Assembly: GCA_051362555.1 (NCBI GenBank)
Contig: CM120642.1
Location: 14,694,001 to 14,758,000 of the forward strand
DNA length: 64,000 bases
From: Lingula anatina
Taxonomy: Eukaryota > Animalia > Brachiopoda
Direction: 5' to 3'
Positions within the stretch are counted from its first letter, which is position 1. Each line of letters opens with the position of its first letter. This document shows positions 60,401 through 64,000 of the stretch, piece after piece. A model generated the notes under the pieces. That model was given only the letters and a program-made list of their open reading frames with translations. It had not been told where the DNA came from and searched no databases. The position numbers and the translations under genes are program-made.

Positions 60401-63400
60401 TAATAACAAATGCAACTCGTTAAAGGCCCCATCGATCTCAAAGCAAAGTAGACGGGCACCTGTCAGAACTAAGCACAGCCAGTGAACAAAAGTGATTTGC
60501 TGGATTTTCAGAGCAGATTATTGCAAATTTGTATCTGTTTACGAATTTTGTGTCAGGTTAGATAAATGATGAATAAGGTTTTATTTTCATTAGTGAGGAG
60601 TGTTGACTACTGCACGTGCATTTGTTGGACGGTTGTTGACTACAGTTCCATTTTCTTCTTATTACACCATCATGCAAGCAAAACCTTTATACTGGATAGC
60701 GTTTTTACAATAAAAGCTTAGGTGATTTGGGATATACTTTTTTACCCGACTTTGGCATATCTTTCAGCAGGAGGCATTTTTTGGCATAGCTTTATGGCAT
60801 TTTTATTTTTACTATATTGTGCAAGATATCTTTTTTTTTTCGTAACTTAAATATTTATACAGTTTTCGCAATAGATGCTTATAATATCTGACACAAACTG
60901 CTTTCAACCTTACACCTGGCAGGGTCTTTAATAAATACCATGGCTTTTAGGAGAAAAACATTCCGGCATGATGTTATGATATTTCTCTACCATGTTATTA
61001 TTATTATTTCATTTTTTGCGACTCTCTTGTGCCAAATATCTATTTCAGCAAAGTGAACTGGATACAAAATCCAATTTCAAAAATAAGAAAAGTATAGATT
61101 AAGTATAGATATAGATAAAGTATAGATCCATTGATCCATTGTTCTGGTGAAACTATTTGTTTTTTAGATTTACGGTCTTTTAACACTCTGCTTCAGGACT
61201 TCACGCTGGACTTTTATTTCCGCCAGTACTGGAAGGATCATCGCCTGAGTTTTAACAGCTCGTCAATGGAAGAAATCTCCTTACCGAACAACCTACTGAG
61301 CGAGATATGGGTACCAGACACGTTTTTCGTCAACGCCAAGAAATCAGTATTTCATTTTGCCACCGTGAAGAACGCTTTCTTGCGACTTACAAGACAGGGG
61401 GTTGTCTACTGTAGTTTTAGGTAAAGTTAATTTTGACTGCACATGTATTTACATGTAAATCCATCAAATGGCATAGGATTTGTGATTATTAGTATTAAAA
61501 TATCCGGGAAAAATACCATAACACTGGCCTGTCTGCAGTAATAGCGGCAATGATAATAGTTTCTTGTTAATTAATAGTAATTTGGTTTAGAAACTGCGTG
61601 TGTTCCGCATTGCGATAGGCTAATGTTGTGTTTGTTAAAGATTACTTTTTTCCTATTTTACTTTGTACAGGTTAACTGTAACCGCATCTTGTCCCATGGA
61701 CCTGACATACTTTCCAATGGACACCCAAATCTGTTCTCTGGAGATAGAAAGCTGTAAGTACCCTGTAGTTACGCCTTGCACCACTTTTGCAAAAAATCTT
61801 AAGTCGGGTTCCTTGGCTAACATCTTTGTTACCATCGTTACATGGACACATTCACACATGTAACCCTATCAGGCACAGTGTTACGGAACAGTCATGGATG
61901 CATGCACACACCCTAGTCAACTACGGATTAAAAATTCTTTGTGAAACGGGGGGCTGTACGCAACGGGGCACTACTTTCAAAATAATTTCACAGCATGTTA
62001 AATAGCCAAAAAATAGAGTTTATTTCGCAAACATATAACAACAGTAATACCCGCGGAATGAAATTATTTTAAAGCCTCAGAAGTTACATGTAATACTATG
62101 TTAAGCAAATAGTCACCGGCACAAGATATTCGTCAGATAATGCGCTAAATGCCATGTTGCCAGACGCAGTGTGTTACCTAACAGCAGCAGCGAGACATTT
62201 GAACCGAGATGACTTGACCTATCCCAATCTAAATATTTTGGCCCTAATGATGCTAATCACAGTTTGATACTGGCCAACTCTATCGATTTTGGAATGTGAG
62301 ATTAATAATTAGGGTTGTGGAAAGTGAGGTGAAAATGTTGGAAATGGGTGAATGTCGACAGAAATGTATCACTAAAATACTGAATAAACGAACACGGTTA
62401 CGTGTCTACCTTGACAAAATGGGATATATTAGTACAAGACATCTATAAAATGGACAACGCTATAATTAACGCTGTTTTTGTTTTAAGACGGCTACAAAAG
62501 TTCGGATATCAAGTACAGATGGTATAGTCCTGATGGAGATCCACTGGGGATATCCGAAGATGTGCAACTGCCGCAGTTTGTCATCAGGGGACACAGAGAA
62601 GTCGTCAAGATATTTCAGCTGAGCACAGGTAATTCAAAATCCATTTAGTATCCAGATACATGTGGGCCTTTCCTCAGGTGGAAGTGGAATTTAGATTTTG
62701 CCTGGACCAGATCGATGCTTAGTGTAAGACTGGGTTCCCATGCCTAGATCGATCTAACTGGGTCGACCCTGCTAAATTGCTTTTAGCTTAAACGGCTTAT
62801 ATGTCTGGCACGCCTACTGAAGCCGCTAAACGATATCTAATTGCCCTCTAACAGCTTCAGTGGGTGCGCGAGACCTCTAAGCTGATAGCAATTTAGTGAG
62901 AACCCCCTTGGAGATGGATCGATCCAAAGTTAGTAGGATAGTCTCTGGGAATGATCTTTTAATTGTGTCAGGGAGAATAAGTCTTTAAAAAGTAATAAAA
63001 TAAAAATAAAAAAAGGAGTGACAAAAAGGAAAAAATGCAGAAGCCATTTCGTTATTAAATGTTTTGACCTCCTTACCGAAGGATACCACACCTTTAAACT
63101 TCAATAATGAATAAAATAAAATAAAATAAATGAAAAAAGGCGCCTGCAACCGCTATTGAACGTTTGTTTCTGGTATGATATATAGCTTATTGATGAATCA
63201 TCCTTTTCAGGCAATTACTCAAGATTGGCGTTGGATTTGTATCTGGACAGAAACATGGGTTACTACCTAACACACATCTACATTCCATCTATCTTAATAG
63301 TAGTGATTTCCTGGGTTTCCTTTTGGCTGCACGAGGATGCTGTTCCCGCCAGAATTGCCCTCGGTATCACCACAGTCCTCACCATGACAACGCTGATCTC

Positions 63401-64000
63401 AACAACCAATCAAGCGCTGCCAAAGATTTCCTACTTGAAAAGCATTGATGTCTACCTAGTCACATGCTTTGTGATGGTGTTTGCATCCCTTCTGGAGTAC
63501 GCAGCGGTTAACTATCTTGGCAAGTTAGCAAAACATAAAACAAAGTTGCCTGAGATGCCCAATCAAAGTAAACAGAAGGGAACTTCTTCCTGCAAAAAAA
63601 GCCCCGACTTGAGAAACATCCGAGAGGGATTAAGGCCGTTTGCTGCGATGAGCATGGCATGGCCACCTGATCCAGAGAAGGGGCACCATCAAAATGCGGT
63701 AAGTAAATTTAAAACAGGGGGTGGGGCGTCAACTACGTGACATGTAATTTTTTCTACATGAACAACTTAAGAGCAGTATTTATTTAAAGATGTAAATTAA
63801 GTAGTGATCATTTGCTGCAAGGCAATTACCTTTTTGTTCCAGGAGGCCCGCATGAGCTCCATGGCAGAGCGCTACCGGACCCAGTACCATCCAATTCCAA
63901 CACGTGACCCTGTCGCTAATGGTGACGTTAGTCAGGCTGAAGATTTGAAAGACAGTCGGCAGCGGGAACCAAGCCAACATCCGGGGCATGCAGGCTGGAA
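46149..64000 (+). CDS. Rdl: RDL-like GABA-gated chloride channel subunit (Cys-loop LGIC), 3'-partial (M4 lies beyond the window)
   Basis: join(46149-46315,54738-54904,57658-57725,61197-61420,61671-61753,62488-62628,63211-63698,63843->64000). Motifs: [20 protein letters not shown] (RDL-type loop D), IWVPDTFF, Cys loop [16 protein letters not shown]2 [17 protein letters not shown] (anion-selective PAR), ALPKISY-KSIDVYL. The symbol means RDL-like; orthology was not tested. Confidence 0.92.
54738..54904 (+). CDS. RDL-like exon 2
   Basis: STTPHHPSY...[23 protein letters not shown]|gtaag. Confidence 0.9.
57375..57413. repeat. (AG)n microsatellite
   Basis: Directly visible. Confidence 0.9.
57658..57725 (+). 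CDS. RDL-like exon 3 (68 nt)
   Basis: cag|[22 protein letters not shown]|gtaagt. Confidence 0.92.
57884..58097. mobile_element. MITE family A relative
   Basis: GGCCCCATTCTCA ... TGGGAATGGGGTC; internal inverted AGTGCAATCAGCT / AGTTGATTGCACT. Confidence 0.65.
59581..60040. repeat. Diverged ~175-bp direct repeat, two copies (59581-59758 and 59868-60040)
   Basis: Both start AGCAAATTCACCCCATGTATTTTT and end GGAAAATGCCTGTCGCT. Confidence 0.85.
61197..61420 (+). CDS. RDL-like exon 4 (loops D, A, E)
   Basis: [17 protein letters not shown]...[12 protein letters not shown]...VYCSF|gtaa. Confidence 0.95.
61671..61753 (+). CDS. RDL-like exon 5 (Cys loop, 83 nt)
   Basis: [27 protein letters not shown]|gtaagt. 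Confidence 0.95.
62488..62628 (+). CDS. RDL-like exon 6 (loops B, F, C)
   Basis: [46 protein letters not shown]|gtaa. Confidence 0.92.
62728..62958. mobile_element. MITE family A relative
   Basis: TAA|GACTGGGTTCCCA...TAGATCGATCTAAC ... GGATCGATCC...TGGGAATGATCTT; internal inverted CTAAATTGCT / AGCAATTTAG; left end is the reverse complement of 4179-4191. Confidence 0.65.
63211..63698 (+). CDS. RDL-like exon 7 (M1-M3, start of intracellular loop)
   Basis: [18 protein letters not shown]...[16 protein letters not shown]...HHQNA|gtaagt. Confidence 0.95.
63843..64000 (+). CDS. RDL-like exon 8 (M3-M4 loop, runs off the window)
   Basis: ttgttccag|[23 protein letters not shown]...; open to the window end. 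Confidence 0.8.

Noticed and set aside
54905-61196. Duplicated alternative exon 3 (and exon 6) as in insect Rdl
   Set aside because: No second PPVEV...SE.M-like exon was detected by eye in these introns, nor a second exon 6; tBLASTn would be needed to exclude a highly diverged copy.

Overview
AT-rich animal genomic DNA with GT-AG introns, probably lophotrochozoan (inferred from the invertebrate-type GluR C-tails and the RDL-type subunit). The window holds four co-oriented (+ strand) ligand-gated ion-channel genes. Three are tandem AMPA-like ionotropic glutamate receptor (iGluR) genes: gene 1 (5'-truncated, 10 exons seen, 326-5688), gene 2 (complete, 17 coding exons, 9806-22067, ~944 aa) and gene 3 (complete, 17 coding exons, 27712-40886, ~964 aa). 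The fourth is an RDL-like Cys-loop GABA-gated chloride channel subunit (46149 to beyond 64000). I assembled all exon chains by hand and the frames close without stops. Main points of interest: gene 3 has a heavily remodelled agonist pocket but an intact pore; gene 1 has an Asp at the flip/flop S/N site; genes 2 and 3 share unusual derived motifs; the RDL-like gene has a candidate 24-nt microexon and Val at the M3 Gly insecticide site; gene 2 has a candidate alternative signal-peptide exon. Introns and UTRs carry several non-autonomous DNA transposons and a perfect 72-bp palindrome. No rRNA, tRNA, CRISPR or prokaryotic system is evident. GluA2 and RDL residue numbers come from by-eye alignment to remembered reference sequences.
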